A model generated the notes under the pieces. It was not told the DNA's origin, did no database searches, and was given only the letters and a program-made list of their open reading frames with translations. A DNA stretch of 64,000 nt from NCBI GenBank assembly GCA_965223005.1, contig CBDCVK010000010.1, positions 704,001 to 768,000 on the forward strand. The letters are read 5' to 3'. Shown in pieces: positions 47,349 through 58,156 of this stretch; position 1 is the first letter of the stretch; the number at the start of each line of letters is the position of its first letter. Origin of the DNA: Terriglobia bacterium. Lineage in GTDB: Bacteria > Acidobacteriota > Terriglobia > JAJPHL01 > JAPKYU01. A program made the position numbers and the translations under genes.

Positions 47349-47486
47349 CCATCCGGCGTCAGCTTCCAGACGTTCGCCCTGAAGAGCCTCTTGCGGCGAT
47401 AGGAACCCTAGAGTGGCTTAGCCTATAGGCACCCTCGGACACTGGGCCCGCGGCCAGGCCACCTAGCCTAGGACCGTTTGTTGGAA

Positions 47487-48674
47487 ATGGCTACCACGAC
47501 CAAACAGGATTACTACGAGACGCTCGGCGTCGGGCGGAAAGCCAGCGTTCAAGAGCTTCGCAAGGCTTACAAGCGGCTGGCCCGGAAACACCATCCTGAC
47601 CTGAACCCTGGTGACAAGGTGGCCGAGGAGCGCTTTAAGCGTATCCAGGAAGCCTACGATGTGCTGAGCGACCCCAAGAAGCGGCGAATGTACGACCAGG
47701 TCGGCTTCTACTCCGAGCAAGGCATGCCGCCCCGGTGGGGTTCTCGCCCGGGACAGGCGCCACCCGACTTCGATTTCTCCGGCTACGATTTTTCCAACAT
47801 CTTCAGGGGAGGCGCGGCGCGAGGGGGGCGCTCGGCCGGCACGGCAGGCGTCGGCGAAGGCCTGCGGGATTTGTTTTCGCAGTTTTTCTCGCCCCGTGCC
47901 GCCGGCGTCCCGGAACCTGCCCCGGCTCGCGGGGAAGATCTGGAATACGAAGTTCCGGTGGGCTTCTGGGAGGCGATCCGCGGTACCGTAACGCGACTGT
48001 ACGTGCCTCGCCACCAGACCTGCCAGGCGTGTGGCGGGAGCGGGACCCCCGGGGGGGGGACCGCGGCGGCCATCTGCCCGGAATGCCGGGGTAGCGGCCA
48101 GGTCACCCAGGCCGCCGGCGCCATGCGCTTTCAGTTGGGCTGCCCTCGCTGCCGGGGAACAGGCAAACTGCCGGACACCTGCCCAGCCTGTCACGGGGAA
48201 GGTCGCACTCCCCAATCCGACTCCCTGGAGGTGCGCATCGCGGCCGGCACCCAGAGCGGCAGCCGACTGCGCGTCGGCGCCAAGGGGAATGCTGGCGTTG
48301 GAGGCGGTCCGCCAGGCGACTTGTTCATCGTCGTGCGCATCGAGCCGCATTCCTACTTTCGCCGCGAGGGAGACGACATCCATATCACCGTCCCCATCAC
48401 GGTCAGCGAGGCGGCGCTGGGCGCCAAGATCGAGGTGCCCACCATTGACGGACGGGCGCTGTTGCGGGTCGCGCCCGGCACCCAGAGCGGGCAGAAGTTC
48501 CGCCTCCGCGAGCGCGGTGTGCTGTCGGCGCGCACCCGCCGGCGTGGCGATCAATACGTGGAGGTGCGAGTCCAGGTCCCTCGCATCCGCGACGAGCGCT
48601 CCAAGGAGATTCTGCGCGAACTGTCCCGGTTGAATCCGGAGGACCCGCGCGCCAGCCTCTTCACTCAGGAATAG
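47487..48674 (+). CDS. dnaJ: Chaperone DnaJ-family protein
   Basis: J domain with HPD, G/F region, four CxxCxGxG repeats, C-terminal domain. Confidence 0.93.
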   Translation: MATTTKQDYYETLGVGRKASVQELRKAYKRLARKHHPDLNPGDKVAEERFKRIQEAYDVLSDPKKRRMYDQVGFYSEQGMPPRWGSRPGQAPPDFDFSGYDFSNIFRGGAARGGRSAGTAGVGEGLRDLFSQFFSPRAAGVPEPAPARGEDLEYEVPVGFWEAIRGTVTRLYVPRHQTCQACGGSGTPGGGTAAAICPECRGSGQVTQAAGAMRFQLGCPRCRGTGKLPDTCPACHGEGRTPQSDSLEVRIAAGTQSGSRLRVGAKGNAGVGGGPPGDLFIVVRIEPHSYFRREGDDIHITVPITVSEAALGAKIEVPTIDGRALLRVAPGTQSGQKFRLRERGVLSARTRRRGDQYVEVRVQVPRIRDERSKEILRELSRLNPEDPRASLFTQE

Positions 48675-48677
48675 GCG

Positions 48678-49067
48678 ATGCCCCGAGCACGACGCGACCG
48701 AGCGGCCTACATGATTTCGGCAGTGGCTAAGCAGTACGACATCCACCCACAAACCCTGCGCCTGTACGAGCGCGAAGGGCTCTTGAAACCCTCCCGCACT
48801 GAGGGCAACACCCGCCTGTACACGAATGAGGATCTGGAGCAGCTGGAAACCATCCTGGCGCTGACTCGTGACCTGGGAGTGAATCTGGCCGGAGTGGAGA
48901 TCATCCTGGACATGCGGGAGAAGATGATGGAGATGCAGCGACAGACCCAGGAGTTCGTCGAGTTTGTGCGCCGCGAATGGTTCGACCGCGGCGCCGAGAA
49001 CGAGCAGCGTCTCAAGAACGCCCTGGTGCGGGTCAGCTCCCCAAAGGTTATCCCTACCAAGAAGTAG
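48678..49067 (+). CDS. hspR: MerR-family heat-shock repressor (HspR-like)
   Basis: YMISAVA...IHPQTLRLYEREGLLKPSRTEGNTRLY...LGVNLAGV; directly after dnaJ. Confidence 0.88.
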   Translation: MPRARRDRAAYMISAVAKQYDIHPQTLRLYEREGLLKPSRTEGNTRLYTNEDLEQLETILALTRDLGVNLAGVEIILDMREKMMEMQRQTQEFVEFVRREWFDRGAENEQRLKNALVRVSSPKVIPTKK

Positions 49068-49192
49068 CGCCCTGCCCTCGCGCCAGACACCGGTCATGTC
49101 GGCAGCAAGGGCCGAGGGGACGCGTATTTGACTCACTGCCTGTTTCCGCATACCATCTCGGTTTCCCAGACCGCGCAGCCAAGGAGCCAGCG

Positions 49193-50131
49193 ATGCCCGC
49201 AAATATCCTGGTGGTGGACGAAGACGAACTGATCCTCCAGATGCTGGACAAGGCCTTGCGGAAGAGCGGCTACGAGACTTTCACCACCACCGACCCCTTT
49301 CAGGCGCTGCAGAGGCTCGATGAAACCAGCTTTGACGCCGCCATTTTGGACGTCAAGCTGGAGCGCATCAGCGGGCTGAAGGTGTTGGAGCGCATCAAAG
49401 CCCATGATGAAACCATCCAGGTGATCATTTTAGCCGGGGCCGAGAAGGAGCGCTTTGAAACGGCGCTGGCGGCGCTTCGCATGGGCGCTCACGACTTCCT
49501 GATGAAACCCATGCGCAATATCCAGGACTTGCTGGCTTCGGTAGATCGGGCGGTGGAAAAGCGGCGGCTGGCCTACAACCTCAAGGAACTGGCCCACGGC
49601 CTGGAGCAGATGAGCAATACCGACACTCTGACCGGGCTGAGCAATCGGCGCCACTTCTTCGACTGGCTGTCACATGAGTTCCTGCGAACCAAGCGCTACT
49701 TGCGCCCGATCGGGTGCATGCTGATTGCCATTGACCACTTTGATGAGCTACGGCGAGACCGCGGGCCGCAGTGCGCCGATTACGTCGTTTCCGAGGTTGC
49801 CCGGCTGCTTTCCCGCATCAGCCGCGGCACCGACAAGCTGGGCCGCTATGGCGGCAATGAGTTCATCATGGCCCTCCCCGAGACTGAGAAAAGCACCGTA
49901 CTGGCGGCCGCCGAAAAGGTACGCCGGGCCGTGGAAAACCACTCCTTCGCCTTTGGCGGGAAGAAACTTTCCGTTACCGCCGGCATCGGCGTCTCCCACA
50001 CGAAAACCTTCATTTCCATCGGCACTCTGACCGGGCTGGCCATGAGCGCTCTGGAGAAAGCTCAGCAGGCGGGCGGAAACAGCGTTCACCTTGAGATGGG
50101 GGAGCCGGCCTCAGGCAAAGCCCCCCATTAG
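49193..50131 (+). CDS. Response regulator with degenerate GGDEF domain (GGNEF)
   Basis: REC (ILVVDED, ILDVKL), TDTLTGLSNRR, RGTD I-site, RYGGNEF. Confidence 0.9.
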   Translation: MPANILVVDEDELILQMLDKALRKSGYETFTTTDPFQALQRLDETSFDAAILDVKLERISGLKVLERIKAHDETIQVIILAGAEKERFETALAALRMGAHDFLMKPMRNIQDLLASVDRAVEKRRLAYNLKELAHGLEQMSNTDTLTGLSNRRHFFDWLSHEFLRTKRYLRPIGCMLIAIDHFDELRRDRGPQCADYVVSEVARLLSRISRGTDKLGRYGGNEFIMALPETEKSTVLAAAEKVRRAVENHSFAFGGKKLSVTAGIGVSHTKTFISIGTLTGLAMSALEKAQQAGGNSVHLEMGEPASGKAPH

Positions 50132-50279
50132 CCCGCAGTGAAAGATCAGAACTGCTCTCTGGAAAAAGAGCGCCTTCGCTGGATCAGGGGTTTCGAACAA
50201 ATTCGAACAAAGATGAGAGGGTCTCTCAGGGGGCAGGATTGTACGGCAACGACCTGCGGGTAACGAGGTGGGGAGCCGA

Positions 50280-50612
50280 CTAGGAGGGTGAGCCTTCTTC
50301 CGGGGTCCGGACGAATTCGTAATTTTCGATGACCGCGCCCACGCCGACCCTGTTCTCTCCTTCCTCGATCACTCGCACTACTCTGGAAAGGCAACGCAGC
50401 AGCACCGGCTTGCCGGTGACTTCGGAGGGTAACTGCAGCGTCAGATTCATCCGCGTTCCCTCATCCAGCGGCTGGTCCAGCTCCAGGAAGAGCCCTTTGG
50501 AGCTGACATCGCGTGTCCAGGTCTCAATTGGGCCGGGTAGCTCGTCAGCGCCCATGGAGTCCACCTGGGCTTTCATCCGGAATGAATATCGGTTCGCTCG
50601 CCTTTTGTCCAT
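50280..50612 (-). CDS. Single-domain PilZ protein
   Basis: RRANR (RxxxR) and DVSSKG (DxSxxG) motifs; GGAGGAG RBS. Confidence 0.9.
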   Translation of the reverse strand: MDKRRANRYSFRMKAQVDSMGADELPGPIETWTRDVSSKGLFLELDQPLDEGTRMNLTLQLPSEVTGKPVLLRCLSRVVRVIEEGENRVGVGAVIENYEFVRTPEEGSPS

Positions 50613-50958
50613 CCTCTCCTCCCGAGGGGAAATCCGCCTAGTCCTGCGGAAACTGCTCTTGAGTGCCCCACTGGCGACAGGGGAAGCCCGAGCATATCGG
50701 CTTTCTCGGACTGGCGCAAGAGCCGGGAAGGACCATTTGGGGGGGGGTACGAAAGTCCTTGTAGTAATGGGGCGACAACTTTATTGGCGGTCTGCACTCC
50801 ACCCTTTCCAAGCACTGCAGCCCGAGCCTTATAGCGGCGAAATGAGTTGCGGTTTCAATTTTTGTCTGCGTGCTTCTGTGCTACTCTCTGCTCCAGCGGC
50901 CTGCTCCAGCGGCAGGTCGTGGTTGCAACCGTAGGGCAGGAGAGGCGAGGAGGACGCC

Positions 50959-51507
50959 ATGGCGTTTTGCAGCAATTGTGGAAACGAGGTTACTGCCGCC
51001 GGAGGCTTTTGTCCGAAGTGCGGGCAGCAGGTGAGCGCGAGCGCGCCCGGCACCACCCAACCAGCAGCCCAACCCGGACCGTCCGGCACGACCCAGCAGG
51101 CAGCCCAACCGGGTACCCCGAGCACGACCCAGCCGACGGCGCAAGCAGGTGCGGGCGGTGGCCAGCTCACGAGCAACGTCGCTGGCCTGTTGTGCTACGT
51201 GTTGTCACCGATCACCGGAATCCTGTTCCTGGTCCTCGAACCTTACAATCGGGACCCCTTTGTCCGCTTCCATGCCTTCCAATCCCTCTTCTTCTTAGCT
51301 GCAATCATAGTTCTGATCATTGCAGCTGGAGTGCTGAGCGCTGTGTTGTCCGTAATTCCCGTTTTAGGGTGGATTCTGGGGTTGGTCCTGTTCTTGGTTC
51401 TTCCGTTGGGGCTTATGGTCCTGTGGGTGGTGCTGATGGTCCAGGCATATCAAAACAAGAAGTGGAAGCTTCCCGTGGTCGGTGACCTGGCCGAAAAGCA
51501 GGTCTGA
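50959..51507 (+). CDS. Zinc-ribbon plus DUF4870-like membrane protein
   Basis: FCSNCG...FCPKCG, a linker of ~three 12-aa repeats (51049-51144), NVAGLLCY, FVRFHAFQS, WKLPVVGDLA. Confidence 0.88.
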   Translation: MAFCSNCGNEVTAAGGFCPKCGQQVSASAPGTTQPAAQPGPSGTTQQAAQPGTPSTTQPTAQAGAGGGQLTSNVAGLLCYVLSPITGILFLVLEPYNRDPFVRFHAFQSLFFLAAIIVLIIAAGVLSAVLSVIPVLGWILGLVLFLVLPLGLMVLWVVLMVQAYQNKKWKLPVVGDLAEKQV

Positions 51508-51647
51508 GCCGCTAGAACATCCTTCACTCTGTGCCGCCAGCCAGTTTTGTGCTTGCACGCCAGCCGCGGATCAGTTATGACTAGGTGCTTTTCGCTCCGC
51601 ATGTCGTGCGCGCGGAGCTGGGGGCGCCGCCCGAGCGCCTGTCGGCC

Positions 51648-52607
51648 ATGAGGCTGCGGGTTTTCTTTCACGATCGCTGTTTTGATGGAGCGGCGTCAGC
51701 CGCTGTGTTCAGTCGCTTCTACGCCACCAAGATTCACCCCGACGCGGAATTTGTCTATACCGGCCTGGCACACCGGGCTTCGCAGCTGTTCGACGAAGCC
51801 AAGTTTAATGGGGACGAGAACGCCATTGTGGACTTCAAGTATTGCAGCTCACCCCGGCTCACCTGGTGGTTTGACCACCATCAAAGCGCCTTCCTGACTC
51901 CCGAAGACGCCCAGCACTTCCAGCAGGACCGCAGCGGAAAGAAATTCTATGACCCCAGCTACAAGTCCTGCACGAAGTTTGTCGCCGCGGTGGCCGAGGA
52001 GCGGTTCGGTTTCCAGGCGCCCGAGCTGGCTGAGCTGATCCAGTGGGCCGACGTCATTGATGGAGCACAATATTCGGATTCTGCCGCGGCTGTGAAGCTG
52101 GAAACACCAGCCATGCAATTGTCGTTGGTCATCGAAAACAGCCCGGACAACGCTCTGCCCTCCCGCCTGATCCCCATGATGGCCTCCCACAGCTTGCAAG
52201 ACATCATACAGAACCCGGAGATTGCCAACCTGTTCCGGCCCCTGTACCGTCGCCACCTGGATTCCATGGAAGTGATTCGGCAGCACGCTCGTTGCGATCG
52301 CGGCGTGGTGTTTTTCGATGTCAGCGGCCTGAAGATGGAAGGCTACAGCAAGTTCATTCCCTACCACCTGTTCCCCGAGGCGGTTTACAGCGTCAGTATC
52401 AGCCCCTCCTCGTTCCGCACGAAAATCTCGGTGGGTTCCAATCCCTGGAACACCCCGCCGCGGATGCACAACCTGGCCACGATCTGTGAGCGCTACGGAG
52501 GCGGTGGCCATGCCCGGGTGGGAGCCATCAGCTTCGAGCCGGGGGCTCTGGAGCGTGCGCGCCAGGCGGCCCAGGAGATTGTCGAGGAGTTACAGAAACC
52601 AGCCTAA
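51648..52607 (+). CDS. DHH/DHHA1 family phosphoesterase
   Basis: HDRCFDG, IVDF, WWFDHH, GGGGHARVG. Confidence 0.9.
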   Translation: MRLRVFFHDRCFDGAASAAVFSRFYATKIHPDAEFVYTGLAHRASQLFDEAKFNGDENAIVDFKYCSSPRLTWWFDHHQSAFLTPEDAQHFQQDRSGKKFYDPSYKSCTKFVAAVAEERFGFQAPELAELIQWADVIDGAQYSDSAAAVKLETPAMQLSLVIENSPDNALPSRLIPMMASHSLQDIIQNPEIANLFRPLYRRHLDSMEVIRQHARCDRGVVFFDVSGLKMEGYSKFIPYHLFPEAVYSVSISPSSFRTKISVGSNPWNTPPRMHNLATICERYGGGGHARVGAISFEPGALERARQAAQEIVEELQKPA

Positions 52608-52608
52608 G

Positions 52609-53430
52609 CTACGTTCCAGGCGGCATCCATTGTAATTTGGCAGACTGAACACCCACCCATGAGACATAGGGGAACAGCGCGCTCCAGTGAACAACACTGA
52701 CGGTTCCTTCACTTTCTCCTGCCGCATCCCTGGACTTTACCGAGAGCACACCGGACAGCGTCGAGCCAGGACGAAAAGAAATCCACTGACCTTCACTGGT
52801 AGCGTTCCACTCGATTGCACCCTCGCGTCTCACTTCGCCCGCCTGAAAACTGAACCGTAAGTCAGAACGGTTCAGCCACAAGGTCCGATCGCTTCTGTTG
52901 TGTAGGACGACCGAGAAAGTCAAGTTTGTCAACGTGCCAGTCCTCATCACCTTAATCGTCAGCCCTTTCCTGCTCTCCTCGCTGAGCCGGCGAAGAAAGT
53001 CCGAAAAGGATGACAGGGAGAAGTCGTCCAGAGTGCGTTCCTCGATAAAGAGATTCAATCTGCCCGCGTCCAGACTACTCCAGCGAGCTTTCTGGAAATA
53101 TTCGTGTCCCGCGGGCAGTCGCTGCAGCAGGACGATTCTGCGCTCGCCCGCTCGATAGGAAGGCCCCACCCACGCGCTCGCTCCAAAGCGGATGACCCGT
53201 CCGAGGTTGAGGCTCCCTTTCACAGACTTGAGCACCTTGGCCTCGGCGTACATGGGACCATCCGCAGCCGTTGCAGTGTAGTCAGTTGAAACAATCTCCA
53301 CCGTGACGATCTCGTCAGCTTGTTTGACAAGTTCCTCTGGCGAGAAGCTACGTGCTGCTGCAGCTCCTGAGCCGCAAGCAAGCATCCCGAGCAACGCGGC
53401 AGTCGCTGCCTTGGACTTCCTGTTTCTCAT
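52609..53430 (-). CDS. Hypothetical secreted protein
   Basis: Signal-peptide-like N-terminus; EELVKQADEIV...AKVLKSVKG segment; codon usage appears less GC-biased. Confidence 0.65.
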   Translation of the reverse strand: MRNRKSKAATAALLGMLACGSGAAAARSFSPEELVKQADEIVTVEIVSTDYTATAADGPMYAEAKVLKSVKGSLNLGRVIRFGASAWVGPSYRAGERRIVLLQRLPAGHEYFQKARWSSLDAGRLNLFIEERTLDDFSLSSFSDFLRRLSEESRKGLTIKVMRTGTLTNLTFSVVLHNRSDRTLWLNRSDLRFSFQAGEVRREGAIEWNATSEGQWISFRPGSTLSGVLSVKSRDAAGESEGTVSVVHWSALFPYVSWVGVQSAKLQWMPPGT

Positions 53431-53575
53431 TCGTTGCAGATACAGCAGGGCTGGGGGCCCGGCCGGGGAGGACCGCTTGCTGACGCGCACGGCTCTGTAT
53501 TTTCAACGCGCTTCCCGAGCCACGAGCGTGAGCGAGTGGTCATGAACTTTTGTAGCGAATTTCTGGGACGCGACG

Positions 53576-53914
53576 CTACTTAGGAGGGGTTCCTGAAGAG
53601 TCCTTCGTTTTGCTCTCCGATTTAGGGGTCGTCTTGCTGTCCGCGGCCTCGCTCTTGCTGCTCTTGTCGTCCTTGCTCTTCTTGCCCTCCTTGGCGTCGC
53701 CGTCGCCCGAGGAGGAGGCCTCCTTTCCGCTCGACTTGCGAGCGTAATCGGTGACGTACCACCCGGTGCCCTTGAACTGAAAGGCAGACGCGGAGATCAG
53801 ACGGCTGACCGTTCCACCGCAAGACCGGCAGGTCTCAGCCGGCGGGTCGCTGAACTTTTGCATCAGCTCAAACCGCCGCTTGCACTGGTGGCATTCATAT
53901 TCGTACAGCGGCAT
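53576..53914 (-). CDS. FmdB-family zinc ribbon protein
   Basis: MPLYEYECHQC...CRSCGG...FKGTGWYVTDY plus Lys/Ser-rich tail. Confidence 0.93.
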   Translation of the reverse strand: MPLYEYECHQCKRRFELMQKFSDPPAETCRSCGGTVSRLISASAFQFKGTGWYVTDYARKSSGKEASSSGDGDAKEGKKSKDDKSSKSEAADSKTTPKSESKTKDSSGTPPK

Positions 53915-54016
53915 TCTTCAATTCTACCATGCGGGTGCGAGATCTTTACCGGTAGGGTGAGCGCGTGTAAGCTTGCCAGCAGCCCCCCGGCCACAAACGG
54001 CAGAGGAGATTTCCTA

Positions 54017-55633
54017 ATGACGGTAGCAGAAGCAATCATGGTTGAAGCATATGACCGAGGGTTACGTCACTTCTTCGGCATCCCCGGAGGTGGCGCGCCT
54101 TTGGATTTGATCGAGGCTGGGCGAAAGAAGGGCGTGAAGTTTGTCAATGTCAGCCACGAATCGTCTGCTGCAATTGCAGCAGCGTACAACGGTTCGCTGA
54201 AAAACAGTGCCGGTCTGGCAATGACCATTCGAGGGGTGGGAGCCGCGAATCTAGCTGGCGGGGTGGCCAACGTTTATTTTGAACGATTACCCGTCGTCGC
54301 CGTTTGCGAGGCTGCACCGAGATCGATGGCGCGGCGTGAAAGCGTACAGCATTGTGACCAGAAAATGCTGTTCGATGGAATTGGGAAATATCAGTCTGCC
54401 CTGACTCCCGAGACCGCTCGGGGAGCGATTCGGCAAGCTTTCTTTCAAGCTGGAGAGGGAAGGCCGGGCGCTGCCATTCTCCACCTTCCCTCAGACCTCG
54501 CTGGACACTTGGTTGAGGCAGAGCCTGCGGTGAGCAGTGCGGAGCCGGTGGCAGCGCCGAACTCGGCTGACTTGGCCAGGCTGGGAGAATTGCTCGGAAA
54601 GAAGCGTCGGTCCGTGGTCATGGCTGGGGCCGACGTTGCACGAGCCGGAGCGAGTGCGGAATTGCTGGATCTGGTTCAGACCATCGGTGCGGCTGTCCTG
54701 GTCACTATGGACGCGCGGGGAGTGTTTCCGGAATCCCATCCTCGCTGGGCCGGAGTCTTTGTGGGATCCCCCAACCCCAACGTGATCGAGACCCGAGTCC
54801 TGGATCAGGCAGATGTCGTCCTGCTCGCCGGCGTGGACGCCATGATGACCCATGGGCTCTGGAAGAGTGGTCTGCCAACCTGTGAGCTGGTGGCTCGACC
54901 CGAATACTCGACGCTGTCGGACTCCCCGGTCCTCCGTGTCAACGGCGATCTGAAATCCAGTCTCCGGGGACTGTCACTGTCCCCACAAGCTGGGTTTTCG
55001 GAAGATGAAGTGCAAGCGCTGCGGCGAGGAATCCTGGAGTACTTTAAAAGACCTTCCCAGGCCCGCTTTGCGGCACAAGACGTCATTGAGATCACCCGGG
55101 AGGTCCTGCCGCAGGATGGGGTTCTGTTGTCTGAGACCGGGGCCTTCCTCCCCATGCTCGAGCATCTTTGGCCCGTGGAGCGGTTGGGGACCTACTATGG
55201 AACATCCGGTGGACGAACCATGGGGCTCATGATCCCCGCAGTTCTCGGAGCGTGCCTGTCTGACCCCGAGCGGCCCATGATCGGACTTGGCGCGGATGGG
55301 AGCGCGTTAATGCGGCTGGGCGAGTTGGAGGTTTTTGCCAGAACAGGCGCGGCAGCACCGCTTGTTGTGATCAACGACAGGGCGCTGGGCACAATGAAGT
55401 CGAGGCAGCGCTCTCGCGGACTTCCTGATTTTGGCCTTGATCTCCACGGGGTGGACCTGGGAGGTGTCGCCGACGCGTGTGGCTTGCTGGGTGTAAAGGT
55501 AGAAACTCCCGAGGCATTCCGCAAGGAGTTGCGTCGGGCCATGAAGGCTGGGCGGACCACTTTGATCGACGCAAGGGTTGATCCGGGCCCATACCAGGAC
55601 AGCTTTGGCCCATCGATCGGAGTGCTGAACTAG
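54017..55633 (+). CDS. Thiamine pyrophosphate-binding protein (acetolactate synthase-like)
   Basis: FGIPGG, HESSA (catalytic Glu), GRPG...LPSD, GADGS...N ThDP motif; AGAGGAG RBS. Confidence 0.88.
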   Translation: MTVAEAIMVEAYDRGLRHFFGIPGGGAPLDLIEAGRKKGVKFVNVSHESSAAIAAAYNGSLKNSAGLAMTIRGVGAANLAGGVANVYFERLPVVAVCEAAPRSMARRESVQHCDQKMLFDGIGKYQSALTPETARGAIRQAFFQAGEGRPGAAILHLPSDLAGHLVEAEPAVSSAEPVAAPNSADLARLGELLGKKRRSVVMAGADVARAGASAELLDLVQTIGAAVLVTMDARGVFPESHPRWAGVFVGSPNPNVIETRVLDQADVVLLAGVDAMMTHGLWKSGLPTCELVARPEYSTLSDSPVLRVNGDLKSSLRGLSLSPQAGFSEDEVQALRRGILEYFKRPSQARFAAQDVIEITREVLPQDGVLLSETGAFLPMLEHLWPVERLGTYYGTSGGRTMGLMIPAVLGACLSDPERPMIGLGADGSALMRLGELEVFARTGAAAPLVVINDRALGTMKSRQRSRGLPDFGLDLHGVDLGGVADACGLLGVKVETPEAFRKELRRAMKAGRTTLIDARVDPGPYQDSFGPSIGVLN

Positions 55634-55742
55634 CCAATCCCGCCGTCAGCTTCCGGAGTGGTTCGCAGGTCGCCCGGACAATGAGGTGGCTTACATCGCA
55701 GATCCGGATTAAGATGGCCTCCCGAGGGCAACTCCTTTCCCG

Positions 55743-58070
55743 ATGGACAGCAGAACAGTTTCGCACTACCGGATTCTGGAAAAGCTCGGCGGCGGCGGCA
55801 TGGGGGTGGTGTACAAGGCCGAGGATACCCGCCTGGGCCGTATGGTCGCCCTCAAGTTCCTACCCCCGGAGCTTTCCCGCGACCCTCAGGCCCTGGAGCG
55901 CTTCCGGCGTGAAGCCCGAGCCGCCTCCGCCCTGAACCACCCCAATATCTGCACCATCCACGACATTGATGAGTCCGAAGGTCAGCAGTTCATTGTTATG
56001 GAGCTGCTGGAGGGGTGGACGCTGAAGCATCGCATTGCGGGCAAGCCGATGGAGACGGAGCAGGTGCTGGAACTAGCTATCCAGATCGTCGATGCCCTGG
56101 AGGCGGCGCACTCCAAAAGAATCGTGCATCGGGACATCAAGCCGGCAAACTTGTACGTGACCTGGCGCGGCCAGGCCAAGGTCCTCGACTTCGGCTTGGC
56201 CAAGCTCGCGCCGGAACAGCCCGACGCGGAGCTACCTGGGCTCTCGAGTCTCCCGACAGCCTCGGTCGATGAACTAGTCACCATGCCAGGCGTGGCCATC
56301 GGGACGCTCGCCTACATGTCGCCGGAGCAGGCGCGGGGAGAGGAACTCGACGCCCGCACCGACCTGTTCTCCTTCGGCGCCGTGCTCTACGAAATGACCA
56401 CCGGCCGGCAAGCCTTTCCCGGCAACACTTCCGGGGCCCTGTTGGAGGCAGTTCTGAGCCGGGCCCCAAGCTCTGCCGCCCGCTTGAACCCGGAGTTGCC
56501 CCCAGAGCTGGAACGGATCCTCCAAAAGGCGCTGGAAAAAGACCGCAAGCTGCGGTACCAAACTGCCTCTGACCTGCTAGCTGACCTGAGGCGCTTGAAA
56601 CGCGATACGGACTCGGGACGGCTATCCACGTCCGGCGGACCGCCGGCCGCAGCACGCGCGCGGCCGCGACGGCGTGGCCGGGCGATCGATTCTCTGGCGA
56701 TCTTGCCCTTCCAGAATGCAAGTGGCGATCCAGACACCGAATATCTCAGTGATGGCATCACAGAAACCATCATCAACAGTCTCTCGCAACTTCCCAAGCT
56801 GCGCGTGGTGCCGCGGCCCACGGTCTTTCGCTACAAGGGCCGGGAGGTGGACCTACAAGCTGTTGGCCGCGAACTCGACACCCGGGCGGTGGTCGCCGGC
56901 AGGGTGCTTCAGCGGGGCGATACCCTGATCATCCGCGCGGAGCTGGTGGACGTGGCGAACGAGTCGCAGATCTGGGGCGCGCAATACAACCGAAAACTCT
57001 CCGACATCTTTTCCGTGCAGGAAGAGATTGCGAAAGAAATCTCTGAGAAATTGCGGCTCCGATTGACCAGCCACGAGAGGAAGCGACTCACAAAACGCTA
57101 CACGCAAAACGCCGAGGCCTACCAGTTCTACCTGAAGGGTCGCTACCACTGGAATCGGAGGACCGAAGAAGGCTTAAAGAAAGGTATTCAGTACTTCGAG
57201 CAAGCAATTGCCAAAGACCCGGGTTACGCTTTGGCCTACGCGGGGTTGGCCGACTGCAATGCCTTGTTTGGATGCGGCGGGTACGCCGGACTAGCTGAAA
57301 AGGAGGCAATGTCAAAAGCCAGCGCCGCCGCGGGGACGGCGCGTGAAATAGATGACACGCTCGCCGAAGCCCACACTTCGGTGGCCTTTGTGAAGTTTCG
57401 TTTCGAATGGGACTGGCCGGAAGCCGAAAGAGAGTTCAAGCGAGCCATTGAGCTCAACCCAAAGTATCCGACCGCCCGCCACTGGTATGCCACGTACTTG
57501 ATGGCGATGGGGCGCTCGGAGGAAGCCTTCGCAGAGATTAAACGGGCGCAAGAACTCGATCCTCTCTCCCTTACCATTAGCGCGGGTGTGGGACGGCTTT
57601 TGGGCGTTGCGCGCCAGTACGACAGAGCCATAGAGCAACTCCAAAAGACGATCGAGATGGACCCAAATTTCGTCCGTGCGCGTTTTGACCTGGGATTAAT
57701 GTACGCGGAAAGCGGCAGGTATGACGAGGCCTTTGCCGAGTTTCAAAGTGCGATAAACATTTCAGGGAGTACCATAGAAATTTTACCGGCGCTCGGATTC
57801 GCGTATGGCCTGGCAGGCAGAAGAACCGAGGCGTTGAAGGTATTGGAAGAGCTGAACGAGCAATCAAAGCGGAGGCATGTCTCCGCGTTTCTCATTGCCG
57901 TTGTTTATATTGGCCTCGGCGAGAAGAATCAGGCGCTAGACTGGCTGGAAAAGGCCCGTGAGGAGCATAATAACTCCCTCCCCTTTCTCAATGTGGACCC
58001 ACTTTTCGACAGCCTGCGCTCCGACCCGCGCTTCCAGGACCTGCTGCGACGCATAGGCCTGCCACCGTAG
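55743..58070 (+). CDS. Hanks-type Ser/Thr kinase with TolB-like and TPR domains
   Basis: [33 protein letters not shown]; SLAILPFQN...EYLSDGITE; TPRs; [13 protein letters not shown]. Confidence 0.95.
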   Translation: MDSRTVSHYRILEKLGGGGMGVVYKAEDTRLGRMVALKFLPPELSRDPQALERFRREARAASALNHPNICTIHDIDESEGQQFIVMELLEGWTLKHRIAGKPMETEQVLELAIQIVDALEAAHSKRIVHRDIKPANLYVTWRGQAKVLDFGLAKLAPEQPDAELPGLSSLPTASVDELVTMPGVAIGTLAYMSPEQARGEELDARTDLFSFGAVLYEMTTGRQAFPGNTSGALLEAVLSRAPSSAARLNPELPPELERILQKALEKDRKLRYQTASDLLADLRRLKRDTDSGRLSTSGGPPAAARARPRRRGRAIDSLAILPFQNASGDPDTEYLSDGITETIINSLSQLPKLRVVPRPTVFRYKGREVDLQAVGRELDTRAVVAGRVLQRGDTLIIRAELVDVANESQIWGAQYNRKLSDIFSVQEEIAKEISEKLRLRLTSHERKRLTKRYTQNAEAYQFYLKGRYHWNRRTEEGLKKGIQYFEQAIAKDPGYALAYAGLADCNALFGCGGYAGLAEKEAMSKASAAAGTAREIDDTLAEAHTSVAFVKFRFEWDWPEAEREFKRAIELNPKYPTARHWYATYLMAMGRSEEAFAEIKRAQELDPLSLTISAGVGRLLGVARQYDRAIEQLQKTIEMDPNFVRARFDLGLMYAESGRYDEAFAEFQSAINISGSTIEILPALGFAYGLAGRRTEALKVLEELNEQSKRRHVSAFLIAVVYIGLGEKNQALDWLEKAREEHNNSLPFLNVDPLFDSLRSDPRFQDLLRRIGLPP

Positions 58071-58156
58071 GCTCCTGGCTTGCCTCGCTCCTCCGTTCCG
58101 CCTAAGGGTTTCCTAGCTTCGCGGGTGTTCGACTGAGTTTATGAAGAGAGTCATCC

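Noticed and set aside
47346-47367. CGTCAGCTTCC shared just after the stops of dnaK and the ThDP gene (55644-55654)
   Set aside because: Only an 11-mer in two copies with no common structure; insufficient to call an element.
48051-48059. G9 tract in dnaJ as a phase-variation site
   Set aside because: The frame is intact and it encodes a Gly-rich zinc-finger linker in a chaperone; no supporting evidence.
50192-50211. TTCGAACAAA direct repeat as a LexA box
   Set aside because: It lies between convergent genes, and the GAAC spacing is 6 rather than 7.
50613-50958. c-di-GMP riboswitch or sigma28 promoter upstream of the PilZ gene
   Set aside because: No GEMM core; a GCCGATAT is present but lacks a correctly spaced TAAA -35.
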